Below, in pieces: positions 11,401 through 26,486 of a stretch of 49,350 nucleotides of DNA. The first letter of the stretch is position 1; every line of letters begins with the position of its first letter. The notes under the pieces were generated by a model. That model was not told the origin of the DNA and searched no databases. It saw only the letters and a program-made list of their open reading frames with translations. Source of the DNA: Cyanophora paradoxa CCMP329 (lineage: Eukaryota > Plantae > Glaucophyta); NCBI GenBank assembly GCA_004431415.1, contig QPMI01000309.1:1-49350 (forward strand), read 5' to 3'. A program made the translations under genes and the position numbers.

Positions 11401-14400
11401 GCCGCCCCGTACACGTCCGTCCGTCCCGCCTCCCCGTCCCCTGCGCCCCGCCCCGCCCGCACGCCTCAGCGCAAGGCCGAGGGGCAAGCGGGGGCGGGGC
11501 GGGGGCGGGGCGGGCCGGCGTCGGGCTCCTCGTCGAGGTCGACGTCGAAGGGGTCGCCGGCGCCGCCGCCCCCGGCGGCCTCGTCCCAGTCCCGCGACAT
11601 CTTCTCCCGCAGCTTCCGCTCCAGATCGTGCCGCAGCGCCAGCGCCCCGCCCCGCACGCTGCCCCCGGCCTCCGACTCCGGCCCCGCCCCCGCACCGGCC
11701 CCGCGCGGCGTCTCCTCCCCCGGCCGCACCCTCCGCCGCCCGTGCCGCCGCCGCCCGGCCCTGCCGGCCTCCCGCTCGCCATCGCTACACTCGTCGTAAT
11801 CGTCCTCATCGTCCTCCTCCTCCTCATCCTCCTCCTCCTCGTCGTCGGGTTCGGAGTCGGAGGGGGCGCCGCGGCCGGCCCCGCCGGGCGCCTCCAGCGC
11901 CGGCGGCTCCAGCGGGCCCTCCCCCTCCAGCAGGTCGTCGTAGCCCTCCTCCGTGTCCTGCCCCCTCGCCCCTCAGCGCCCCGCCGGGCGGGCGGGCGGG
12001 CGGGCGGGCGGGGCGCTGGCCTGGTACTGGGCGAGCTTCTGGGAGTCCTGCTTGACGAGGTGGGGCGGGGCGCGGAGGAGGGGGTCGAGGTAGCGCATGT
12101 CCTCGGGGCGGATGAGCTGGAGCTTGGCGCGGGGCTTGAGGTCGTGCCGCTGGCGGATGCGCGCCTCGACGGCCTCGCCGTCGTCGCTCACGAAGTCGTC
12201 GTACGACTCCTCCGCCCCCTCTGCGTATGCCAGCAGCCCGGGCGCCCCCCCCTGGCCCCGCCCAGGGCCCAGCGACCCCCGCGACGACACCCGCTGCCGC
12301 GGGCTCCCCATGGGGCTCGCCGACGCGCTCACCCTGCGCCCCGTCAGCTGGCCGGCGCTCCGGCGCGCTCGGGCGGCGGCGGCGCACGAAGCGGGGCGCT
12401 GGTGCCGAGCAGGGGGCCGGTCGGAACCGTCGGGGGCGTGCCCGTGCGGGGGCGGGCGGGCCGGGCTGGGGGCCGCCAGCGGCTGCCCGAGGAGGCTCCA
12501 CGCCGTGTCCAGCGAGGCGGTGCGGGCGTGCAGCGGCGGGGCGTGCATGGGGATCGAGGAGAGGCCGGAGCCGGGGAGCGGGGCGGCGCCGTAGGGGCCG
12601 AGGGAGGGGCGGCGGAAGCGGAAGGGGGGGAGGGGCTCGGTGGGGAGGCTGGCGGTGGTGGAGGGGATGGAGTCGCGGTCGGTGGCGGCGGAGGCGGAGG
12701 TGCGGGAGGAGAGGGCCGCCCCCCGCTCGTCCACCGCCGCCGCCGCCGCCGAGCGCAGGGCGAAGGCCGAGGGGCCGGCGGGGGCCCCCGAGCGCTCCTC
12801 CTCCTCGATCTCTCGGTCCCAGTCCTCCTCGTCCTCCTCCTGCACGCTCGCCCTGCCCCCGCCCCGCCTCGGAGGCCGCCCCGGGCCAGGGCGGGCGTGG
12901 GAGGGCTCACGGGTACGCCGCCCCGCCGTGGGCGCTGCGGCTCGAGAAGGAGCCCGAGCGCATGTGTCCCAGCGCCGCCCTGCGCCCCGTCAGATGCGTT
13001 GGAGAAGCCGGCGGCGGGGCGTGGGGGCACCGCGCGGGGGACGGGGGCGCGCCGGGGCCGTCGCCGGCGCGCTGGGAGCGGGGGCCGCGGCAGGGGCCGG
13101 CCGGGGCAGGCCGGGGTGCGGGCGGGGCGAGGCGGGCGGGAGGAGTCGGGGGAGGAGCTGACGGAGGGGAAGCGCGGGTGGGAGCGGGGCGCGCGGCGGG
13201 CCTCCCGCTGCCGCTCCCCGCCGACCTCGTGGGGCGGGGCGGGCGGGCCTCCGCGGTGCTCGGCCGGCGGGCCGTGGGGCCGGCGGCGGGAGGAGGGGGC
13301 GGGGGGAGCGAGCGCGGGGCCCGGGCGGGCGTACTCGCCGCTGGAGTTGCGCTCGCGGAGCTCGATGGTGCGGCCGATCATCTCGTGCAGCGCCGCGTCG
13401 CCCCACTGCGCCCCCGAGCCCCCCGCCGACGGCAGCGCGGGGACGGGGCGCTTGGCCCGGTTGCGGTTCGCGATCCACTGGTGGCGCAGGAGCTGCTGGG
13501 CGGAGACGCGCAGGTTCGCGTCCTTCTGGAAGCACTGCTGCAGGAAGTCCTTCAGCGCCTGCCGCGGGGGCGTCGGCCTCGGGCGCGGCGGCGCAGCGGG
13601 CGGCGGGGGCGACGCGGACGGCGGAGCAGGTGTCCGGGAGGGGGGGCATGTCGTCCTGGACGATGCGGAAGAGGGCGGGCATGGGGGCCAGCTCGAAGTA
13701 GGGCGGCGCCCCCGTGAGGAGCTCGATGACCGTGCACCCGACGCTCCAGATGTCCGACGCCGTGCTCGGCGCCGACATCTCGATCACCTCCGGCGCCACT
13801 GGCCCCGCCCCGCCCGCCTCAGGCCCCCGCCCCCGCGCCCCCGCGCCCCCCCGCCGCCCCCGCGCACTCCAGTAGGCGCTTCCGACGACGCAGTTGCGCT
13901 CGGCGCCGCGCAGCTCCGCCGCGCCGAGCTTCGTGGCGACGCCGAAGTCGGCGAGCTTCACGTGCCCCGCGCTGCTCGTCAGGATGTTCGCCCCCTGCCG
14001 CCCCCTCAGCGCCCCGCGCGCCACTGCGGCCCCCGGGCCCCGGCGGGGCGTGCCTTGACGTCCCTGTGGATGACACCTGCGGGGCGCGGTGGGCGGGCCG
14101 GCCGGGGCGGGGCGGGGCGGGGCGGGGGGCGGGGCGCGCCCTGCTCGTGGAGGTACTGGAGGCCGACGAGGACCTGCTCGATGTAGATGGAGACCAGCTG
14201 CTCGGGGATCGCCCCGAACTTCTTGATCACGTTCGCCAGCGACCCGCAGTCCACGTACCTGGCCCCGCCCCTCGCACGCCGCGGAGGCGGCGCGCCGCGG
14301 GCCCACGCACTCGAGTAGGATGTTGAGGTGCTCCTTCGTCTTGATGAAGCCCAAGTACTTCACGATGTTGTTGTGCTTCAGCTTCTTCAGCAGGTCGATC

Positions 14401-14726
14401 TCCGTCTGCGCCGCGCGCGTCGCTGGGCCGGCCGCCGTGCGTGCCGCGCGAGCTCCGCACCATTATGTTCGCGAGCTCCTCCTTCGGTATGTTGGTCAGG
14501 GAGACCTGCTTTATTGCCACGAAGTCGCCGGTCTCGGTGTTCAGGCCGCGGTACACGGTGCCGAAGCCGCCCTTCCCGATGGACTCTCCAAGCGTCTGAA
14601 TGCGCATGAGACACGGTGCTCGTGGCGGCGAAACGCGGCAGGGGGGCGCACGTAGTGGCCGATGGACCGCGGCGCAGGCGGCGCTCGCCGCCCGCTCGCA
14701 TCCTTCGAGCTCGGTTTCCGCGACAT
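8431..14726 (-). CDS. STE-group Ser/Thr kinase of the Cdc7/SepA/MAP3K-epsilon family with C-terminal ARM repeats; many short introns
   Basis: Spliced: GHY|[17 protein letters not shown]...[21 protein letters not shown]|[21 protein letters not shown]...[20 protein letters not shown]...[10 protein letters not shown]-terminal [38 protein letters not shown] and [15 protein letters not shown] are typical of this family. The stop position is tentative. Confidence 0.9.
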
Positions 14727-15088
14727 GCTGGATGCCGGCATGCCCGCCCGCGGCGGGCGACGCTCGGCCCGCGCGTTTTTTTTCTCTGGGGCGTACAGGC
14801 TCACGATCAAATCGTACCACAGCGGCTTGTTCTGGCCATTGCCGCAGGTGCAGGTGGCTTGAATCCGAGCGCATGCAGCGCCAGCGCGCTGCTTGCTCGA
14901 TTTCCGAGCGCCCAGCGGCTCCTGCGCTTTCCTGCATCATTTCGAATTCCAGCATCCCGGCGCTCCATCGCATAGCGTTTTGATATAGCGGTCGCGGCGC
15001 GCCGAGAGCGCTCTTGCACACAGCGGCAGCGCAAGGTTTCTGACCTCGCGCGCTCGCGCGTCCGTCGACGCAGGTGCAGAGCGCAAGA

Positions 15089-16854
15089 ATGCCAATCTCG
15101 ACATCAACCCGCATACGCGCGCTTCTAGCGGTCGCCATCGGAATTTTCGGGATGGTGGCGCTGACACTGGGCCCGGCCATGACATCCGGGAGCCGTTCGG
15201 GCCATCGTGCGCGGCTGCCGTGGCTCGCGGGCCGTACGACGCCGCCGCACACGGCGAAGCAACTGCAGGTGCACCTGCGCCCCGCTCGTTCTCGCGTCTC
15301 CTGAGGACGACGGGGCTCGCGCGCGCGCAGGACGCGGAGGGGCGGCGGCAGCAGCTCCTGGAGGCGCTGACGGCGAACCCGCGGCAGCCGGGCGTGCCGC
15401 TGCTGCACCCGCGCGCGATCGCGGAGGCGGAGCCGTGGTCCGGGGACGTGCCGCGCGGCTTCTACCGCAGCTTCGCCGGCTGGCTGGAGCGGCGCTACTT
15501 CGGCGAGGCCGGCAGGGCGCGCCCCGCTGCTTTCGCCGCCGGTGCCGGGCCGCTGCGGTGCGGTGCGAGCGCGGGGGCGGCAGGGCGAGTTCCACGAGGG
15601 CGGCGAGGCGGCGGGGGCGGCGGACGCGGAGGAGCCGGTCCCCTGGGAACGGGCGGACCCCGGCGCCCCCACCTACCGCCTCGTCACCCGCGTCCGCCGC
15701 CCCGCGCCCCGCGCTCCCGCCGGCCCCGGCGCCCGATCGCCCTCTTGTCGTAGCGGCCGGCGCCGTGGGACGGGCGGTATGTGGCGCTGGTCGACGTGCT
15801 GACGGCCGTCCGCAACGCGCGCCACACCCTCACCATCGTCGACACCGCTGCCGGGCCCGGTGCGCCTTCCTCCCCGGCCCGCTCGCCCCCGGCTCACGGG
15901 CCGGGGCAGGGGCGTGGCTGGGGACGGCGTGGGCGGCGGGCGGCGGCGGGAGGCGGGCGGGGCGGCTGGCCCGCTGCAGACGCTGCTGGTGGCTCTGGAG
16001 GCGGACCCCCGGCGCGCCCTGATGCTCGACGCCAGCCTCGCCGACAACGCGCGCCCCGCCTCCGGCCCCGGCCCGCCCCGCCCACGCGCGCCCGCCGCCG
16101 ACGGCCCGCTCCCGCGCAGGGCATCGACGCGAGGGAGCACGTCGTGCTGCAAGGTCCGTGCCCGCCCCGCCCCCGGCCCCTGTTCCCTGCAGCTGCCTCC
16201 TGCCCCTGCTTCCCCGCGCAGGCGCCGTCGCGGAGGAGGACGGGGTGCTGAACGCCACGGGGGCCCTCCCCGGCGCCCCCGGTCCGCCCCGCCGTCCGCT
16301 CCTGCCGCCGCCGACGCTGCCGACGCCGGCGCCGGCGGTGGGGCAGGCGGGGCGGAGGGGCGGAGGGGCCGGGGGTGCGGGGTACGGCCTGGCGGGGCTC
16401 CTCGACCGCGTCCCCGAGGCCCGCCCCGTCGACCTCCTCCTCCGTCCGCCCCGCCCCGCCCCGCCCCGGCCCGGCCTCCGCGTGGGGCCTAATGGGGGCG
16501 GCAGTGGACGCCGGGGGCCGCGAGGCGGAGGTGCTGCTGCGGGCCGCCGCGCCGCTGCAGGCGCGCGTGCGCCGCGCCCACGTCGCCGTCCACTCCCGCC
16601 CCGCCGAGGCTCAGCTCCGCGCCTTCTTCGACTCCCTCGGCTGGGCGCGTCCCGCCCAGCGACGGCGCAGCGCGGCCCAGCGTTAGCGCTAGCGCGCGCT
16701 CACGGCGGCGGCGGGGCGGGCGCAGGTGCGGCTGTTCGACGTGGAAGGGGCGGCGGAGAGCGCGTCGCCCTTCGGGCCACTGCGCTGCGCGGGGCCCGGC
16801 CTCCAGTCCTACGTGAACCCCGCCCTCTTCGAGCCCGGCGACATCCTCTACTGA
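15089..16854 (+). CDS. FkbM-family methyltransferase-like protein with N-terminal signal anchor
   Basis: Starts [28 protein letters not shown] (hydrophobic anchor). Later exons read [18 protein letters not shown]|[11 protein letters not shown]...[10 protein letters not shown]...[10 protein letters not shown] and SYVNPALF, resembling the FkbM C-terminal pattern. The SAM-binding motif is not clear. Confidence 0.5.
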
Positions 16855-17069
16855 GCGGGCCCGCGCCCGAGCCATCCTTGCGCGAATGCGTGAATGCTTT
16901 GTCAAGTTGAGCTACCGCGTGCAGCTGCAGCCAGCTGAGCGGTAGGGTTTGGGTAGAAGCGGCAAGGGGGTACACCAGCTAGGAAAGCCAGTTTCGACCT
17001 CCGCACGCCCGCATCGCCGCCACAGCAAAGCAAGCCTTAGAGAAGCGCAGGAAAGGACAGATCCGCAGG

Positions 17070-17788
17070 ATGGTGGGAGGCGGGCCGCTGAAGCTCATCG
17101 GCCGGGTCGTGACGACGACGATGTCGAAGACGATCGGCGTCGTTGTCCCGCGCCCTTTCGAGGTCTCGAAGTGCGCCCGGCCGCGCCGCGCCGCCCTGCC
17201 GCTCCTCCGCTCATCCATCTCTCCGCCGGCGGCGCCTCACCCGCGCAGGCTGAAGTACCGTGGATTCCGCAACAAGAAGTTCCACGCACATGACGAGCAG
17301 GAGCAGTGCAAAGTCGGCGACATTGTGCGTGGCCGCCTCGCGCGATCTGCGCCCCCGCAGCTAAGCGCGCCGGCGGCCCCTTCTGCCGGCTCTGACGCGC
17401 TCTGCTTGCGCGGCGCAGGTACAGATCGAGCAGACATCCGTCAAAGCGAGCAAGCTGAAGGCGTTCCGGCTGGACAAGATCGTCCAGGCGGCGCCCGACC
17501 CGCGCATCTACGAGAACGACAAGATCCCCGACAGGCTTCCCTGGAAGACCTACCCCGCGAAGAAGGTGCGAGCCCGCGCTGCGCGGCAAGGCGGGGCCAG
17601 CGGGCTCCTCGCACGGGACCTGCTTCCCGACCGCCCGAACCGGCCTGACGGGCGGCTGCGCAGGGCGGCATCTTGCCGGGGTCGGAGGCAGATAAGATCG
17701 ACCGGGTCCGTCTTGTTCTTGTCGTCCACCCGCCCGCCCGCCTGCCCGCCGTCTGATTCCCGGGCAGGCTCGGAGGGGGACCTTGTAG
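17070..17788 (+). CDS. Bacterial-type (probably mitochondrial) ribosomal protein uS17
   Basis: LIGRVVTTTMSKTIGVVV...KY...RNKKFHAHDEQEQCKVGDI|VQIEQ...SKLKAFRLDKIV matches the uS17 pattern; a C-terminal extension follows. Confidence 0.85.
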
Positions 17789-17894
17789 CATGCCCCCCCC
17801 TCGTCTTTGAATGATTATTCTGAGAGAACCCCGCGCCCGCGCGCGTTCTGGGAGGACGTTCTGAGGCCTCCAGAGCTTTGGGAGGGCCGCCGGC

Positions 17895-18020
17895 GAGCTC
17901 GAGCGGGGAGCAGCAGTCACGCCCCGTCCGTAGCCAGAAAAGCCCGTGCCTGGCCGTGGCCGGGGCCTGGGGGTCGCTCCCGGCCACGCATTGGCTGTCG
18001 CAGACGAGGAAGCCTGGACT
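17895..18020 (-). pseudogene. Degenerate partial copy of the neighbouring Cys-rich membrane-protein gene
   Basis: 17971-18017 matches 19387-19433 with one mismatch (PGFLVCD[S/N]QCVAGSD) and ~17898-17950 resembles ~19117-19167 (GRDCCSPLE). No signal peptide or TM exon accompanies it. Confidence 0.65.
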
Positions 18021-18428
18021 CCGTGATCGCAGGATGCCGCGCGCGGGGGCACTGATCGATGTGTGACTACGGCGCAGCACGAGACAGGGCCGGGCCGTGC
18101 ACGTGGTTCGCGGTTTATTTGTTGGCGCACACGCACATGTACATGCCGAGTCATGCATGCGCACACGACGCGACGACGCACGACTGCGAGTAAAACAATG
18201 GAACGGAACTCTCACTCAACGAGGTGCTTTATCCTTATCGAGAGCGAGCCTCCGAAAACATAAAACAGAAAATACTGCGAAATCTGCTTGCTCGATTTGC
18301 GTTGCGAATAACTTAAGCGGTCGTCTGGTTCGGATGCGGTTTGGTTTTCTGTCTAGGCCTGGTCTAGCTATAGCTCGGCCCGCGGCCTGCGGCTGCGGCT
18401 GGGCGGGGGCCGGGGTGGCGCGGGGCGG

Positions 18429-19507
18429 CTAGAGGCCCGGGGTGCCGCGGGAGGCGGCGCGGGCGGCGAGGAGGCGGCGGGTGCCGAAGGCGACGCCGGC
18501 GACGAGGGCGGCGGCCCCCACGAAGCCCCCACCGCAATGCCCCTGCGCCCCCGTCACGCCCCGGCCGCCGGCGGCGACGGAGGCGGGCGTGGGGGGCCGT
18601 GGCGCACGCGGCGGCCCCGGTGCTGAGGCCGGTGGAGGCGGCGCCGGCCTGGGAGCCGCCCTGGAGGCGGCCCTGGCCCTGCCCCTCCTCCTTATCCTGG
18701 TCCTGATCACCGTCCTCCTGCCCCCAAGCCGCGGCGGCGTCGGGCGGGGCGGCGGGGCCGGAAAGGCGTGGGGCGGGGCGAGGCGTGCCTGTTCGACGGG
18801 GGTGAGCGGGGTGACCTCCGGGGTCGGGGTGGCGAGCGGCGTCTCCACGGCCGGCGTCTCCGCGGGGCCCTCCCCCGGCAACAGCTCGATCGCAACGCAC
18901 GTGCCCCCTGCCCCGCCCCGTCCGAGCCGTCAGCCGGCGCGCCGCCGGCAGGGCAGGGGGCGAGGCGGCGCCGGGCCGCTCGCACCGGAGCAGAGGGGCT
19001 TGTCCTCTGCGCGAGAGACGCGCAGGCAAACGCGCGCGCGTCAGTTGGCGGCGGGCGACGCGGGCGCGGGGAGAGCGCCGACCGGGGCAGCAGAACTGAG
19101 CGCCGCGGAGGGGGCCCTCGAGCGGGGAGCAGCAGTCGCGCCCGTACCCGCAGCAGCCCGTGCCTGCGACGGCTCAGTTAGTTTTCGGAGACCGGCCGGC
19201 CGGGGAGAGCCGGCGGCGCCGCACCGCAGCAGCGAGAGGACGCGCTAGGGCAGGACCAGGCGTTAGTTCCGTCGCCACAGCACGAATGCGTCTAATGAAG
19301 GGAGTCAACGAGAGAGGAAGTCGAAGAACGTTAATTTCTGGCGTCAACGAGAGGTCGCAGGTCGCTCCCGGCGACGCAACCTACCAGGTCGCTCCCGGCC
19401 ACGCATTGGTTGTCGCAGACGAGGAAGCCTGGAGCGCAGGTGGACGATGCGTGCGCGAAAAGCGCGCACGTGCACGAGACGAGAACGAGAAGGACGAGCG
19501 GGCGCAT
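18429..19507 (-). CDS. Small type I membrane protein: signal peptide, Cys-rich (CC-pair) domain, Thr/Pro stalk, TM helix, short basic tail
   Basis: Spliced: MRPLVLLVLVSCTCALFAHASSTCAPGFLVCDNQCVAGSDL...SSRCCGTGCCGYGRDCCSPL...QFCCP..DKPLCSG..CVAIE..ETPAVETPLATPTPEVTP..GLSTGAAAGIAVG..FVGAAALVAGVAFGTRRLL. One apparent frameshift lies in a G run. Confidence 0.7.
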
Positions 19508-19760
19508 GGCTCGCGGTAACTGCTGGGCGGTTTGAGCACTGGTTTCCGTTCACGGTGGGCTCGGAGTGCGGGGGACTTGACGAGTTCTGCGGGAGAGATT
19601 TGTGCGACGTTTGCGGCGTAACTTTGTGGCGAGCGCTGAGTTGGGGGTACGCAGCGTCACGGCCACTCTCCGTACCCGGACCCGAAGGCGCGCATCCCTG
19701 TTTTCGCCCGCTGCGCGCGCTACAAGCACTACTTGGTGCTTATCTAATCGGCCTGAATAG

Positions 19761-20257
19761 ATGGCGTCGTTCTGGGCCCAGCGCTTCGCTCGTGAGGCGG
19801 AACTGCTCGTGAAGTCGGAGGCGGAGGTCGTGCCGTACCTCAAGAACTTCTGGACTACCGGCTGGGACTTCGGCGTGCGTGGCGGTGCCCATCGGTCGCG
19901 GCGCCCAACCATCGCCGACCCGCCCCGCGCCGCGCAGGTGGCCCGGAAGGAGTTCGCTGACCTCCGGCAGTATTTCGGCTCCGGCCAGGTCCTCGACCTC
20001 ACCGTCGAGCAGACCGTGCGCAACATCGGCAAGCCGGCCTTCTACCTCCTCGCGGGGTCTGCCCCATCGCCGCCTCCTCGCGCCGAGGCGCCATTGACGC
20101 GCCCGTGCCGCCAGCTTCACCCTCGGCGAGGTGCTCGCGCGCCGCAACCTCTTCGGCTACGTCTCCGATGAGGTGCGCCCGCCCGCCGCCGCGCCGTCCG
20201 CGCGCTCACTCGCCCCGCGCCTTCCACGCGCCGCAGGACGGCCACAAGAAGCACTAG
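19761..20257 (+). CDS. Mitochondrial ATP synthase subunit g-like protein (4 exons)
   Basis: About 105 aa ending DLTVEQTVRN...FYLLAG|FTLGEVLARRNLFGYV, matching the F-x-x-G-E-x-x-x-R-x-x-x-x-G-Y signature of subunit g. Confidence 0.7.
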
Positions 20258-20753
20258 GTGCCCGCGCCGCTCGACGACCGGCCGCTGCCGGTCGCTGATT
20301 TGCTCTCTCCGCAGACAGCTTAGCCAGGACATGTAGGCCGCCTGGCGCCCGTCGTCGGCCGCCGGGGCACCGTAGCGCTCGCTGCCCCCGACCGTGTCCG
20401 TCCGTAGAGCCTGGGCTTGTAATCATACATAATTGCTTGAGCTCGCGGTGTCATGGGCGGCGCCAGCAATCGGCGATTGCGTCGGCGCGCGCGGGGCGCG
20501 GCCGCCCATCGGTGCAGCGGCTGGAATGGGAGAGCAATATTAATTGCAATGCGTCGCCGTCGGGCCGGGGGCGTCGAGGAGTGCGCACGCGCGTTCGGCG
20601 GCATGCGCAAGCAGCGCAACCACGGCAGGCCGACGGGCACCGCGGCGCGGGCTGCAAAGACATTGCATTCGAGGAGAGGTTGGAGTAGGAAGGCAGCCGG
20701 AAGGGGTCGACGGGGAAGGGGAGCGAGAGGGGCGGGGCGGCAGGGGGCGGGGC

Positions 20754-22078
20754 CTAGAAGAGGGTGGAGAGGGCCTCGCGGCGGGCGCGGGCGCGGGCGG
20801 CGTCGAAGGAGTGGCCGCCAGCGCGGGCGGCGAGCTCCTCGAGCTGCCGCAGGCGATGCGCGTAGGCGTACATCGCCTCCCGGTCGTTCTCGTCCGCCGG
20901 CCGCTCCACCCGCGTGCCCCCGCCCTGCACCGCCTTCTGCTTCGGCTGCGCCGGGCCCGCCTGCGGCCCCGCCGCCGCCGCCGCCACCGCCCGCGGCACG
21001 TACTCCCGCGCCTTCGCCTCCGGCGCCGCCGGCGGCTCGGCGGGGCCGGGGGCGCGGCGGCGGCTGCGCGCGTGGCGGGGCGCTTGGCGGGGCCGGCTTG
21101 GGGACCTTCCCCGCGACCTGCGCGGGCCGGGTCAGGGGCGGGGCGGAGGGCAGGGCGGGCGGGCGGGGCGCGCGATGCTCTGCATGTTCTCGGCGTGGCC
21201 GCGGCGGAGCGCCTCGATGCGCTCCCGGTCCTCCGCCAGCGCCCGCTCCCGCCGCGCCGCCGCCGCCGCCTTCTCCTCCGCCACCCGCCGCTGCGCCTCC
21301 CGCTCCGCCTCCGCCTGCCCCGCCCGCCCCCTCAGCCGCCGCCGCCGCGGGCGGGCGGGCGGGGCGGGCGGGCGGGCGGGCGGGGCGGGGCGGGGCGGGG
21401 CACCCGCTTGGCCTGGTTGCGGATTATCTGCTCCTGGTTCTCCCGCTGGTGCTCCATCACCAGCCGGTCCATCTTCTCCACGTCGATCCCGTTCACCAGG
21501 TTGAAGACTGCCGCCGGCCGCCTCAGCCGCCGCCGGCGCAAGGGGCGCTGGGCGGGGCGGGGCGGGGCGGGGCGGGGCGCGCTGATGTCCTCGACCATCT
21601 CGAGGTAGTTGTTGTACTCCTCGAGGGACGCGAAGTCCGCCTCCACCTTGTTGAACCTGCCGCCCCCGCGCGCCCGGGCCCGCGCCCCGTGAGCCGTGCG
21701 AGGCCCGCCGGCCCCGGCCCCGGCCCCGCCGCGGTGCGCACGCCCCGAGGACCCGCTTGCGGATGAAGGTCTCGCTGCCCATCGCCATCCCCTCGCCCGT
21801 CGGCCGCTTGAAGTTCGACTTCCGCAGCTGCGTCCCGCACTGCTTGCACACCTGCACCGTCGCCCCGCTCGGGAACATCCGCTCGATGCACGTCTCGCAG
21901 CTGCCGCCGCGCGCGGTCAGCGCCCGGGGGGCGGCTCGCGGCGGCCGGGCGCGCACTACTTGTGGCCGCATAGCTCACTGACGCTGATGCGCAGGCTCGG
22001 CGTGATGTACGGGCTGTTGCGGCACACCGTGCACTCCTCGCCGATCATCAGCGCCGATCCTCCCCCGCGGCCCGCCAT
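20754..22078 (-). CDS. MNAT1: CDK-activating kinase assembly factor MAT1 (TFIIH subunit)
   Basis: RING CTVCRNSPYITPSLRISVSELCGH..CETCIERMF..CKQCGTQLRKSNFK, then ETFIRKRV..FNKVEADFASLEEYNNYLEMVEDI|VFNLVNGIDVE, and C-terminal RAGG...ARARREALSTLF. Confidence 0.92.
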
Positions 22079-22595
22079 GTCGCCGCTTCACGCGCTCGAG
22101 CGCGGCCCAGGCGCTGCCTCCGCTCCGCGCCTCGACCGTTCGGCGAGCTATCGGCGTCCGCAATGCGCTCTGGTCTCGCCGCGCTAAGGTGCGCGTTCGG
22201 TTCACTCCGCGATGCAGGCTGTCGAGCGCGAGTTTGAGGATTCGCGTGTCGCCGCTCGCTGATAGCACCGCGCGCGTCGCTGTCGCTGCTGTCCTCGATG
22301 TTTTCCTATACGGTTGGTGCTCGGTGGCGCTGCGAACGTGTACGTAATGCTCTCGCTCAGAAGCGCTCTCGGCGCGCGGCCTTTAAGCCCGGGTTCGGAG
22401 TTCCCTCAGTTCCCGGAGTTCCGGTCCGGGGGGGTACTTGTCGCTGCCGACGTCCGGCTCGGGTACGTGTCACTCGATTCGACGTCTTCCAGGTTCGCCG
22501 CGAGGAGCAGCGCCGCGCACGCCCCCGCCCCGCGGGCCATCGATGTCTGCTCTGGCCAACGGCACGCGCCGGCCTTTCTCACAGACGCCGATCGA

Positions 22596-25644
<3,049 letters not shown>

Positions 25645-25806
25645 GCCTGCCGCCTCATAGCCCGGCGCCCCAGGCGCCCGGCCCCCGCGCCCCGCTCGAG
25701 TCCCCGGCCCCCCCCGGGTCGACTCGCGGGCGCGCTGGCCGCGGCGCCCTCTGCGCCGGGCGAGGCGGCAGGCTCCCCGCACCCCCCGCGGCAGGCGGCG
25801 GCCGGC

Positions 25807-25882
25807 GGGGACGCGCCAGCATGACGGGGCGGCGTCGAAACGCGAGCACGCGTGACGCCCCCCGGAGACACGGCGCGCCCCC
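25807..25882 (+). promoter_or_regulatory. Eukaryotic SECIS element (type II)
   Basis: Helix I CGCGCC/GGCGCG; ATGAC at 25821; helix II GGGGCGGCGTC/GACGCCCCCC; unpaired AAA at 25838-25840; mini-helix CGCG-AGCA-CGCG; 3' GA. It lies about 180 nt downstream of the in-frame TGA. Confidence 0.9.
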
Positions 25883-26404
25883 CGCAGGCGCCCGGCGGCG
25901 GCGAGCTCCCGAGGCTGGGTCCCCGCCCTCCCCTCGAGTTTGCCGCTTCCGGTGCCGCCCTGTCGCGTATTTTGTCTCAGAATTTGAGTCAAAAGATATC
26001 GAAGCTTTTAGCCTCGTGCATATGCAGCCCATGGCCACAAAATATTTTTTGCTCTCCAGTATACCGCACAAATCCATAACGTCGGCTCAAACAAATAGCT
26101 TAGTCTTAAATGCGAGTCTTAAATAGCTTGCGAGTGAGTTGCGACGTCGACTCGGCGAGTCACTGCAGCTGATCATGATCGGCCTGGGCGGGCCAGGCCT
26201 GGCCCTTTCAAGCGAAATTCAACTTTTAATTCAAGGTTGCGAAATTTGTTTTTGTTTTCAAGCGACTTTTCAAGCGAATTTCAAGTTTTTTGTTTTTGCT
26301 TTGATAATTACGTATACCCGGCGGGTAGACGTAATTATCAACACTGGACCGCCGATTGCGTGATACCGACACTGATACGTGACCAAACGCGTATACCAGG
26401 TACA

Positions 26405-26486
26405 TAGGCTCTTTCCCGGGTACTAGCTAGACGTGACCATATATATGGTCTGAGGCCTAGGCTCTTTCCCGGGTACTAGCTAGACG
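26405..26486 (+). repeat. 29-bp direct repeat pair
   Basis: TAGGCTCTTTCCCGGGTACTAGCTAGACG at 26405-26433 and 26458-26486. Confidence 0.9.
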
